A stretch of 64,000 nt of DNA from Candidatus Dojkabacteria bacterium (GTDB taxonomy: Bacteria; Patescibacteriota; Dojkabacteria; JAFGLO01). Shown in pieces: positions 49,522 to 57,946 of this stretch. Location: the NCBI GenBank assembly GCA_016927995.1, contig JAFGLO010000011.1, positions 391-64,390 of the forward strand, given 5' to 3'. The stretch's first letter is position 1. Each line of letters starts with the position of its first letter. Made by a program: the position numbers and the translations under genes. Under the pieces are notes generated by a model. The model did not search any database. It was not told where the DNA came from and was given only the letters and a program-made list of their open reading frames with translations.

Positions 49522-50229
49522 ATGAAAGTAAAAAGCGTTTTGTATGATCTCGATGATACTCTAATAAAGTCCAGTAAAATTTATGATAAAGCACTAGAGT
49601 TTGCCACAAGATTTTTATCCGAGAAATACAAACTTAACCACGAAGATTTTTTTAAGCTTGTCCAGACTAAACATCTTATCGTTCACAAAAATTTCCCAAC
49701 AGTTCACACAAGACACAGTAGAATTTTGGTATTTAGAATGGCATTGGATGAAGTACTCGATAACTATGATTTGTCATTGCTTCCCGATGTTGAAGATATG
49801 TATTGGGACTATTTTTTTAATAACATTGATATATATCCCAATGTCATAAAGACATTGAAAACGCTACGTGATCGCAAGATCAAGATAGCAATAGTTTCCG
49901 ACGGGAGTCTTTCACTTAGGATTCGTAAAGTTAAAGCGGCAAAGCTTCTGGAATATGTTGATGAACTTGTCGCCTCAGAAGAAGTCATCTTCGAGAAACC
50001 GTTTAGCGCAATTTTCACTCTTGCGTTATCTCAACTGAAATGCGATCCTGCACATGCAGTTATGGTTGGGAATGACTATAAAAACGATATACGTGGAGCT
50101 CAACTTGTTGGTATGAAAGCCGGAACCTATGAACCTCCTGTGGATGCAAGCGTGTATAATAACAACGAAGATATTATTCCCGACTTTAAACTTAAAGATC
50201 ATCAAGAGATTTTAGACATTATTGAGTAA
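49522..50229 (+). CDS. HAD-superfamily hydrolase
   Basis: Motif I is LYDLDDTL. Motif III/IV is VSDGS...GNDYKNDIRGAQLVGMKA. Confidence 0.7.
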   Translation: MKVKSVLYDLDDTLIKSSKIYDKALEFATRFLSEKYKLNHEDFFKLVQTKHLIVHKNFPTVHTRHSRILVFRMALDEVLDNYDLSLLPDVEDMYWDYFFNNIDIYPNVIKTLKTLRDRKIKIAIVSDGSLSLRIRKVKAAKLLEYVDELVASEEVIFEKPFSAIFTLALSQLKCDPAHAVMVGNDYKNDIRGAQLVGMKAGTYEPPVDASVYNNNEDIIPDFKLKDHQEILDIIE

Positions 50230-50846
50230 TGATTTACCCCGTCTTGGAAAAAGAACAAAAAATTTGGAAAACTCAACCCGAGGCATTAATTGCCGGAATT
50301 GATGAAGCCGGTCGTGGACCATTGGCGGGTCCCGTTGTTGTTGGAATCGTTGTAATAAAACATGAAAATCAATATATTCAGGAAGTAAGAGATAGTAAGA
50401 CATTATCTGAACTTCAGCGGGAAAAGATTTTTGAGAAAATTACTAAAACTGCATCCGCCTGGGGTTATGCAATGCGAGATAACCAGTTTATTGATGAACG
50501 TGGAATTGTTCATGCAGTTCGTGAGTCTGTTGTAGATGCATACTACTCCCTAAATCCTAAGCCAAATCTTGCACTTATCGACGGTAGTTATCTTCGAAAT
50601 TTTCCTTTTGAATATAAATCGTTTGACAAGGGTGATCGTGATATTTACTGTATTGCGGCGGCTTCTATCATTGCAAAAGTCATAAGGGATCGGTTAATTG
50701 TGAAACTCGACTCGACCTATCCCGAATATGGGTTTGCTAAGCACAAAGGGTATGGAACAATGCAGCATATTGAGGCTATCAGAAAGTATGGTTTGTCGGA
50801 CGTCCATAGGGTTTCGTTCTGTAGCAGATTGATTATTAATAAATAA
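50229..50846 (+). CDS. rnhB: Ribonuclease HII
   Basis: It contains AGIDEAGRGPLAGPVVVGIVV and the rest of the RNase HII fold. Confidence 0.9.
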   Translation: MIYPVLEKEQKIWKTQPEALIAGIDEAGRGPLAGPVVVGIVVIKHENQYIQEVRDSKTLSELQREKIFEKITKTASAWGYAMRDNQFIDERGIVHAVRESVVDAYYSLNPKPNLALIDGSYLRNFPFEYKSFDKGDRDIYCIAAASIIAKVIRDRLIVKLDSTYPEYGFAKHKGYGTMQHIEAIRKYGLSDVHRVSFCSRLIINK

Positions 50847-50860
50847 GCTATTTTTATTAA

Positions 50861-51004
50861 CTTAATTCCCTGTCGACCTGCGTGTTCTCAGAGAGCCCCT
50901 TGCATATAATATTTTCTTGCTAAGGCGAATCTCTGATCACACCTGTTCTTCCAGGGTATTGTTCACTGTTTTACTTTTATAATTCCCTGTCGACCTACGT
51001 GTTC
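50861..51004. repeat. Two direct copies of a 27-bp element (ttaattccctgtcgacct[g/a]cgtgttct) separated by about 90 bp, upstream of the 51031 gene
   Basis: Seen in the sequence. A TATAAT-like box (gcatataat) lies between the copies. Confidence 0.6.
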
Positions 51005-51030
51005 TTATCATGTTATAATTAAAGATTAAA

Positions 51031-51663
51031 TTGACAGCTACTAACATGCAAAAAACAATGGCAAAGGTAGGTATCTATCTAATAGTCGGACTTGTTCTTA
51101 TTTCTGGATCTATGGTTTTGGGAGGTTTCCTATATAAGAAATTTTTCGAGAAGGATTCCGTACAATCGGTAACGGCACTTTCTATAATTGAACGAGTTTC
51201 TACAAAAGGAATATTGGTAACCAAGTCATTATATATTGAAGAGGAAATAACAATAAAAATAGACCAAGGATCTGCGTGGTCAAACTTCTGGTGGGGACAC
51301 CAGGTTGTAGCTACAGCTCCAATGAGAATTGACCTGGGAATTGATCTGTCTAAACTTACCGAAGATAATATTGCAGTAGATAACACGGAAAAAACAATAA
51401 TCATTGATTTTCCGGATGTTGAGATTTCGTCGATAAGCCTTGATGGTGACATCGAGGTTGAGCGCGAAAGTGGAATTTTTTACAAACTTTTCGAGGCAGA
51501 TGATAATGCTGATTATAACCTTGCCCTTACCGAGCTAACAAATCAATCACGAGCTACTGCCGAGGCTAATACTGAGCTTTATCAGGAAACCAAAGACGCT
51601 GTTGTTGAACTTTTAAACTTCTTGTATTCCGAAACCGGGTATACGGTAAGTAGTAAACAGTAA
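51031..51663 (+). CDS. Membrane-anchored hypothetical protein (DUF4230-like topology)
   Basis: It has an N-terminal TM (VGIYLIVGLVLISGSMVLGGFL) and a 180-aa external domain. The family assignment is tentative. Confidence 0.4.
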   Translation: MTATNMQKTMAKVGIYLIVGLVLISGSMVLGGFLYKKFFEKDSVQSVTALSIIERVSTKGILVTKSLYIEEEITIKIDQGSAWSNFWWGHQVVATAPMRIDLGIDLSKLTEDNIAVDNTEKTIIIDFPDVEISSISLDGDIEVERESGIFYKLFEADDNADYNLALTELTNQSRATAEANTELYQETKDAVVELLNFLYSETGYTVSSKQ

Positions 51664-51976
51664 GCAGTAAACAGTAGGGATTAAATGGTAATTAAATCCG
51701 ACAGGATCGGTCGGGACGTGTTTCTATCTTATTCCTAGTTCATATATCTAGACGTATTTTTTGATTAGCCAGCAGTGAGAATCGAACTCAGCGTGCTACC
51801 TCTTGCACGCTATCTTTCCCGAATCTAATGTACGGGAAGAATTTAATAAGAAACGGAATCGGTTCAAGTAATTAATAGTAATAAGCCGGCAATCGGAATT
51901 GAGCGAGCATCCTTGGCGAGCTACGCAAAGTCGATGGCAATCAACTGAAACAGAAACTGAGTTCGTAATGGATATT

Positions 51977-52049
51977 AGCCGGCAATCGGAATTGAACCGA
52001 TGACCTACGGTTTACGATACCGCCGCTCTACCAACTGAGCTATGCCGGC
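51977..52049 (-). tRNA. tRNA-Thr (CGT)
   Basis: Folded by hand: GCCGGCA-UA-GCUC AGUUGGUA GAGC-G-GCGGU AUCGUAA ACCGU-AGGUC-AUCGG UUCAAUU CCGAU-UGCCGGC-U. Confidence 0.8.
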
Positions 52050-52227
52050 CCCAATAATAATCTGTCGGTCATAGCGAACTTGTCCGCCTCTGGCGGAAGC
52101 TATGCCGGTGAAAGTGCAACTAGACGAACAAAAAACAACGTTACTAATGATTATACTATTGAATCTGTCATTTTGCCAGAATAGATGATTGACTATCATG
52201 GCTATCATCGGCTATAATTAGTTATCA

Positions 52228-52761
52228 TCATAACCAGGGGTGCCTAAGGTTTCGACCGACCGCCAGTCCTGGTTTTTTCTTTTTATAGCCAAACGACCCT
52301 ACCTGTTTATCCAACCTAATTATGTACGTGTCATACTTTCTTGGCAGGCAAGAGTACTTATGATTTGGTGTAAGTACTTTGAGTAATTTCCCTTTCTCCT
52401 TCAGATATTGGATAAGACAAGAAAAATCTCCATCACCACTTACTATTACAGCTTTTTTATAATTGTTGTATTCAATTGCTGCTGCATGTAAAACTAACTC
52501 TGCATCGACATTTCCTTTAACCGCCTCTCTTTTGTCAGCGAAATATCGTACGGTGGGTTTAAATACCAGAATGAATCCTGCCAACTGTAATGTTGTATAG
52601 AGTTTTTGATTATTAGGTAACTGTCCGATAAACATAAAAGCCATTGATACATTGTATTTATTTTTTAGATATAGTCGGAATCTCGGGTAATCAATTTTCC
52701 ATCCAGTAGACATAATTCCTAGGTATAAATTCTGGCTATCGATAAAAGCATAGTTATCCAT
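52228..52761 (-). CDS. NYN-domain (LabA-like, PIN-like nuclease fold) protein, tandem copy A
   Basis: It contains FIDSQNLY...NVDAELVLHAAAIEYNNYKKAVIVSGDGDF, with the Asp residues typical of NYN/LabA. The last 25 codons read through the hairpin of the antisense module. Confidence 0.65.
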   Translation of the reverse strand: MDNYAFIDSQNLYLGIMSTGWKIDYPRFRLYLKNKYNVSMAFMFIGQLPNNQKLYTTLQLAGFILVFKPTVRYFADKREAVKGNVDAELVLHAAAIEYNNYKKAVIVSGDGDFSCLIQYLKEKGKLLKVLTPNHKYSCLPRKYDTYIIRLDKQVGSFGYKKKKPGLAVGRNLRHPWL

Positions 52762-52904
52762 GCTTTAATTTTACGCGACGGCATGACCGAAAAGAAATGG
52801 CGGAATCTGTCGTTTTGCCAGAATACGAGATTGAATTAGTCAATAATAATTGTTATAATTAAATGTTTATGATAAGGGGACTACCAAAATGGATTTTATT
52901 CCAT

Positions 52905-53100
52905 GCGGGAATGCCCCTTTTTTCTTTTCAACTTATCCTTTAACCTTGCCAAGGAAATCAAGTATGGTGAATACTTTTTTAACAATGAGGAATATTTCTC
53001 GTTTGGAGTGATTATATTTTTTAGTTTGTTTTTCCTCTCCAAGTATTCAATTAAACAAAAGAAATCCCCATCACCCGAAATAATGACGGCTTTATCATAA
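52905..53100 (-). pseudogene. Truncated NYN-domain gene copy B (C-terminal ~64 codons only)
   Basis: Reverse translation gives EYNNYDKAVIISGDGDFFCLIEYLERKNKLKNIITPNEKYSSLLKKY... with no N-terminal half. The listed + ORF 52903..53100 is its antisense. Confidence 0.5.
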
Positions 53101-53137
53101 TTGTTATATTCTATTTTGCCAGAATAGAAGGAAAGCT

Positions 53138-53232
53138 TTACGTTACTTATTGGAATCTGCTATAATGGATTATCACGATGAGAGGACTACCAAAATGGAC
53201 CTCGATCCATGCGGGAATTCCTCTCTTTTTTT
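53138..53232 (+). ncRNA. Candidate small RNA: sigma70-like promoter, then a 7-bp-stem hairpin plus T7, convergent with and abutting the 3' end of NYN copy C
   Basis: The promoter is TTACGT, a 17-bp spacer, then extended -10 tgcTATAAT (53161-53166). The hairpin 53180-53225 is gagagga...tcctctc with an inner atgga/tccat stem, followed by ttttttt. Homologous modules lie at 52831-52923 (TTGAAT, 17 bp, tgtTATAAT; hairpin gggga..gcccc + T6) and at 52189-52278 (TTGACT...TATAAT; hairpin ccagg..cctgg + T7). Confidence 0.35.
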
Positions 53233-53242
53233 AAAAAAGCGG

Positions 53243-53725
53243 CTACTTCCCTTTCCTAAGTTTTTCCTTTAACTCACCCAAAGACACAATATACTTACTA
53301 TATTTTTTAAGAAGGGATGAGTATTTTCTATTGGGTGCAATTACTTTTGCCAGCTTTTTATTCTCTGCTAGGTACTCTACAAGACAGTAAAAGTCACCAT
53401 CACCCGATACTATTACAGCTTTATCATAGTTGTCTTTTTCCATCATTGTGTGTAAAACCAGCTCTGCGTCAACATTTCCTTTGTAGGTTATCTTGTCAGC
53501 CTTTTTTATTTCTAGGACTTTCTTAAAGATAAGGATATATCCCAATTCTTGTAGTTCTTTATACAGTTTTGCGTTTGATTCTATATAGCCTATGAATAAA
53601 AATGCTGTTTTAACGTTATATTTGTTACGGAGGTACAGTCTAAATTTTCCGTAGTCTAATTCCCATTTATCGGCTTTTGTTCCTATGTATAGGTTTTGGC
53701 TGTCTATGAATGCATGATTTTTCAT
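53243..53725 (-). CDS. NYN-domain (LabA-like) protein, tandem copy C
   Basis: It contains FIDSQNLY...NVDAELVLHTMMEKDNYDKAVIVSGDGDFYCLVEYL. Confidence 0.7.
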   Translation of the reverse strand: MKNHAFIDSQNLYIGTKADKWELDYGKFRLYLRNKYNVKTAFLFIGYIESNAKLYKELQELGYILIFKKVLEIKKADKITYKGNVDAELVLHTMMEKDNYDKAVIVSGDGDFYCLVEYLAENKKLAKVIAPNRKYSSLLKKYSKYIVSLGELKEKLRKGK

Positions 53726-54370
53726 GCTTTATTGTACTACGGTTTAGAAAATTTGGATAATTCCTGCCAAAGATTTTCTTCAATCTCGACTTCGCCCGAT
53801 GTTTCAATTTGTTTTGTTAAGCGAAATCGAGTAGAGTTTTCGAAGAACAACCGACAGCTATAGATTGAGTACTTATTACAGAGACCACGTCTCTAAAGGT
53901 AAAACTACTCGTACGAGTATATTATGCCCCAACCTTTGATGACGTTACAAACAAGACGATCTATGGTATAATACACTTTCAATAGATAAGCTGACCAAAC
54001 ATCTATAGTGATCGAAGAGTTTATCAGAGCCGAAAAAGAAAGTGTTATAAGTTGCCTTGGGGAAAATTCTCGTTTAGTTTCTGTAGTTAATGTACAAGGT
54101 TTGCGTGAGGGAATCGAAGATCCGAACAGTATCATGGTGACTAGAGGGTCTATTGACCCTCAAGATCCAAACTGCTGGAGTATTATTGTTGAAAAAGATA
54201 GTCAGAATTTTACCATTGTAAGATCTCCTCAAGGTGATCTTCAAGTTGTTACAGAGGAGAACAACGTTGTTCCTTTCGATGGAGATTCAGAATTTGCACA
54301 AGCTATATTTAACCAAATAGGAGTAAGGACTCCTAATCCATTGGAAGCCTCAGCACTGGCCTCAATAGGA

Positions 54371-55561
54371 ATGCTTACTTCTCCTACGGAACGATCAAGA
54401 AGAGATTTATTAAAAATTGTTGGAATTTTAGCAACTTTTGTGGGACTTACCTGTTGTACCTTTGGTGGTAGTGGGAATTATGAACCCACAATAGTCGTCA
54501 ATGGAACTGCTGTCCCCACAAAAGTTGAAACAGTCGTAACACCTTCTCCCGAGTCTTCACCCGTACAAAGGGCAGAACTTATAGCAAAAACCGAACCGTG
54601 GCAAATATTGCCTTCTCTTTCAAGTGAAATAAATGCTATTAATGTAAAATTTGTTAACAGGGATGAATATATAGCTCTTGCGAGAGAAGATGGGATAATA
54701 ATTCCGGATGGATATGAAAGCAGCTTTTTAGAAGAAAGCGATGCAAAATTACTAACTAATCTTAGAGTTATAGTAATTAATCGTGACGCTCCAACATTTA
54801 CCACACAGATGGAAGGATTTTCAACTGAAACTGAAAAAGACAATTTCCTTACAAGATTACTTACACATGTTATAAAGCACGAGGTAAGTCACGGCGTAAG
54901 CGAAACAAAACCTGTTTCCGATGAGCTAAAGCGTGCTGTAGCCGAAAACCCTTTAACCAATGCATTTACGGCTATAACTACATTTGGTTATTCCATAGGA
55001 CTGGATGGTGGCTACCAATTAAGCGGTCTCGAGGAAGTTGTGGTTACGCACTTTAATACATTGAACTGTGGTTCAACTTGTGTGATTGATCAAATCTCAC
55101 TATCGTATATAGGAACCGAAATGATAGAGCCTGTCAATACATTCCTTGCCAACACCCTTGATGTGGAGGCAGGGTCCTTTGTCAACTATGTCATACATAA
55201 GGCAACTGATGGTATAGATGGCTTAATTGATCGCTTGGTTATAAGATATAATTGTGTTTCTGGGATTGACAGAAGAGGTATAACAAAAATGGTACTTGAT
55301 TTTGTTGTTGCCACAACTTTTGCACATACAAGTTACCTTTATTGGAGAAAATTATCCAATGGCGACGCTACTCAAAGAGAGGATGCTGATCAATATAAAG
55401 AACGATATGATTTATTTATCAAAACCATGAATGATATTGCCACGGCTGTTAAGAATAGAAGTACTGAATACACTCCACTTGCAAACAACAGTCGAACATT
55501 TATGGCTAATCTTATTTCAGGTTATTCTTCTTCTGCACACAAGCTTACTATGAGAAGTTAA
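54371..55561 (+). CDS. Tat-signal lipoprotein-like putative zinc metalloprotease (HExxH)
   Basis: From the internal Met it reads MLTSPTERSRRDLLKIVGILATFVGLTCC, a twin-arginine motif plus a lipobox-like LTC. HEVSHG lies downstream. The in-frame 121-codon extension to 54008 is probably not translated. Confidence 0.5.
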   Translation: MLTSPTERSRRDLLKIVGILATFVGLTCCTFGGSGNYEPTIVVNGTAVPTKVETVVTPSPESSPVQRAELIAKTEPWQILPSLSSEINAINVKFVNRDEYIALAREDGIIIPDGYESSFLEESDAKLLTNLRVIVINRDAPTFTTQMEGFSTETEKDNFLTRLLTHVIKHEVSHGVSETKPVSDELKRAVAENPLTNAFTAITTFGYSIGLDGGYQLSGLEEVVVTHFNTLNCGSTCVIDQISLSYIGTEMIEPVNTFLANTLDVEAGSFVNYVIHKATDGIDGLIDRLVIRYNCVSGIDRRGITKMVLDFVVATTFAHTSYLYWRKLSNGDATQREDADQYKERYDLFIKTMNDIATAVKNRSTEYTPLANNSRTFMANLISGYSSSAHKLTMRS

Positions 55562-55602
55562 GATAATGAAGGTGCTCAAAACGGCATTATGTGCGTGGTT
55601 GC

Positions 55603-56700
55603 CTAAAACTGTTCCAAAAATCTTAGGTCACCCTTGTAAAAGTGTCTTAGGTCTTTAATGCCGTTTTTAAGCATAACAATACGCCCAATACCAGGACCAA
55701 ACGCAAATCCGGTGTATTTTTTAGAATCAATGCCTGCGTTTTCTAAAACTTTGGGATGAATATACCCACAACCCATAAGTTCGATCCAACCGGAATACTT
55801 ACAAATTCCACACCCTATTCCGTTACAAAATACGCATTCGTTCATAAATTGTAGTCCGGGTTCAACAAAAGGAAAGTAGCTGGGTTGTACCTGAACTTTA
55901 ATATCTTCTTTGTCAAAAAACTTTTCCAAAAATGCTTTCATTGTGCCAATCATATCGCCAATAGAAATATCTTTACCAATATAAACCATTTCAATCTGAT
56001 AAAAGGTATGACCATGAGTAGCATCGGTGGCCTCATTTCTAAAACAACGACCAGGAATAACAACAGCAATAGGTTCACCCTTGTCCAACAAGTGCTTATA
56101 CTTTTGCATAACCCTAATTTGCATGCTACTGGTATGAGTTGTAGGAATAAATCCTTCGTCGGTCCAGAATGTATCCCAAAGCTCGCGTGCAGGATGCCCC
56201 TTAGGAATGTTTAGGGCTTCAAAAACATGATAATCATCATCTAAAAGTCGATGTTCTTCAACAATATAACCCATTGATTCGAGTATTCTAAACATCTTTT
56301 CGGAGTCAACTTTTACAGGATGATACGATCCGCTACGTGATATATATTCAGGCTTTTCTTTTGAATTAATATCGAAAGGAGCCGTTGGATCAATAAGATC
56401 ATTTTTTATGCTTTCTTCAATCTCTTTCTTACGTAATGACAACTTTTTAGACTCGATAAGATTAATAAGCTCTGTTTTAATCTCGTTAACTTGCTTACCA
56501 AATTCGGTACGTTTTTCGGGATTAATCTCTTTAATTTTTTTAAGAAGTATAGTGACTTCACCCTTAGGTCCAAAGAAGAAACTTTCAAGCTGCTTTACTG
56601 TTTCACTATTTTTTGCCGAAAGGACTTTTTTAAAGGCAGCTTCTTTTACAGCAAGCACACTATCCATTTTGTAAATTTGGTTGAACTTAAGGTATGCCAT
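55603..56700 (-). CDS. pheS: Phenylalanine--tRNA ligase alpha subunit
   Basis: Class II aaRS motifs are present (FRNEATDATHGHTFYQIEMVYIGKD; motif 3 GFAFGPGIGRIVML). Confidence 0.9.
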   Translation of the reverse strand: MAYLKFNQIYKMDSVLAVKEAAFKKVLSAKNSETVKQLESFFFGPKGEVTILLKKIKEINPEKRTEFGKQVNEIKTELINLIESKKLSLRKKEIEESIKNDLIDPTAPFDINSKEKPEYISRSGSYHPVKVDSEKMFRILESMGYIVEEHRLLDDDYHVFEALNIPKGHPARELWDTFWTDEGFIPTTHTSSMQIRVMQKYKHLLDKGEPIAVVIPGRCFRNEATDATHGHTFYQIEMVYIGKDISIGDMIGTMKAFLEKFFDKEDIKVQVQPSYFPFVEPGLQFMNECVFCNGIGCGICKYSGWIELMGCGYIHPKVLENAGIDSKKYTGFAFGPGIGRIVMLKNGIKDLRHFYKGDLRFLEQF

Positions 56701-56721
56701 ATGCTATCATAGAGCGATTCG

Positions 56722-57063
56722 TTGTTCAATGATCAAATAGCTTTTAAACACATGGTATTTAGAGTAATAATAAAAATCCTCTACTCAATTCTTTTGGCAA
56801 TAGAAACTCTAATAGCCATAAAGTTTGTCTTGGTATTTATAGGTGCGAACTCCGGAAACGTGTTTGTGTCATGGATTACAATGATCACCGAGCCTTTTAT
56901 TATGCCTTTTAACGGAATCTTGGGAGCAAGCCAGGTTAGCCTTTCAGTCTTTACAATCGACCTAAATGCATTTATTGCAATGATCGTCTACATTCTCTTA
57001 GCATTATTTTTAATAGAGTTACTTAAAGCATTCACCCCTACCACACCAAATAACAATGAATAA
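56722..57063 (+). CDS. YggT-family small membrane protein
   Basis: It has two TM helices with an intervening conserved stretch (ITEPFIMPFNGIL). Confidence 0.5.
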   Translation: MFNDQIAFKHMVFRVIIKILYSILLAIETLIAIKFVLVFIGANSGNVFVSWITMITEPFIMPFNGILGASQVSLSVFTIDLNAFIAMIVYILLALFLIELLKAFTPTTPNNNE

Positions 57064-57844
57064 ACGCATCCTTCTGGAAAAATACTTTGGAATTCCAATC
57101 TGGTTCGAACGAAACAAAATCTTTTCCGGAGGCGATTACGAGGTTACAAAACTTTCTGACATCGTACTTTCCGAAATAAACACTCAAACAATTAACAGTG
57201 AGCTTATGTATCCGGAAACAATCGGCACAAGATATTCGTTAAGCGTTAATGAAAATTCCTTGTCTCTGGTTCAGAATTCTTTAAAAAACGAAATCATCAT
57301 GTTACATGGGACCCTTTTAGGAATAGAATACGCAAAAACCACCGGAAGAAGAGCTACCGGAAAGTATTCCACCTTGATTCAGGTTATGTATGGATCTGCA
57401 TTCATAATTTTACACAACAGCTTCTTTGACAAGGCTGAATTTACCTTTAAGACCGGCTCTGTCTATATAGTAAAGGTAAAGGTCGGACAGTGCTTCGTTG
57501 TTCCACCTAATATGGGATATACTGTCGTAAATTCACAACTATCTCCACTTGTATTTCACAAAATAACGGCAAAAGATTCTGTCGAGGAACCTGTATTTGA
57601 TAACCACAAGGGCGCAGCTTATTATGTAATTTATAAAAACAGCAAACCGGAAAAGGTTATTAATCCGTACTTTAGAGATGTGTCAAAACCTAAAGAGATC
57701 TCCTCGATTAAGTTAACATCGACTTTTTTCAATAAATGTCTTACAATTCCAGATATATTTAACTGTCTAATGTGCAAAGACCTTGATCCGAAGTTAAGAT
57801 TTGTTCTTGGAATTGATGAATTTGTTATCGACGACATGTTCTAA
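57056..57844 (+). CDS. Hypothetical protein (possibly cupin-fold)
   Basis: It is a 262-aa ORF with no confident motif. Confidence 0.4.
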   Translation: MNKRILLEKYFGIPIWFERNKIFSGGDYEVTKLSDIVLSEINTQTINSELMYPETIGTRYSLSVNENSLSLVQNSLKNEIIMLHGTLLGIEYAKTTGRRATGKYSTLIQVMYGSAFIILHNSFFDKAEFTFKTGSVYIVKVKVGQCFVVPPNMGYTVVNSQLSPLVFHKITAKDSVEEPVFDNHKGAAYYVIYKNSKPEKVINPYFRDVSKPKEISSIKLTSTFFNKCLTIPDIFNCLMCKDLDPKLRFVLGIDEFVIDDMF

Positions 57845-57868
57845 AAAGCAAAGTAGAGACATTTCCCT

Positions 57869-57946
57869 GTTTCAATGGTTTAAAAGACAAGTCAAAGACA
57901 TGTCTCTGTTTCAATGGTTTAAAAGACAAGTCAAAGACATGTCCCT
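57869..57946. repeat. Two tandem 39-bp units (gtttcaatggtttaaaagacaagtcaaagacatgtc[t/c]ct) plus a partial third copy upstream, each ending in the palindrome AGACATGTCT
   Basis: Seen in the sequence. The ATG of the likely downstream start codon (57939) is inside the last unit. Confidence 0.75.

Noticed and set aside
51768-51830. Possible additional tRNA downstream of tRNA-Thr
   Set aside because: It has a T-arm-like and anticodon-stem-like segment but no acceptor-stem pairing, so I interpret it as a tRNA fragment or att remnant rather than a gene.
52903-53100. 65-aa plus-strand ORF
   Set aside because: It is antisense to the truncated NYN copy B and spans the promoter-hairpin module, so it is not coding.
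54008-54370. N-terminal 121-codon extension of the metalloprotease ORF
   Set aside because: The Tat motif (SRRDLLK) plus lipobox would then be internal, which is implausible. The Met at 54371 gives a proper N-terminal Tat lipoprotein signal.
57801-57938. Upstream extension of the 57939 gene translating the tandem repeats
   Set aside because: A clean signal peptide begins exactly at the Met inside the last repeat. The extension only encodes the duplicated FQWFKRQVKDMSL peptide.
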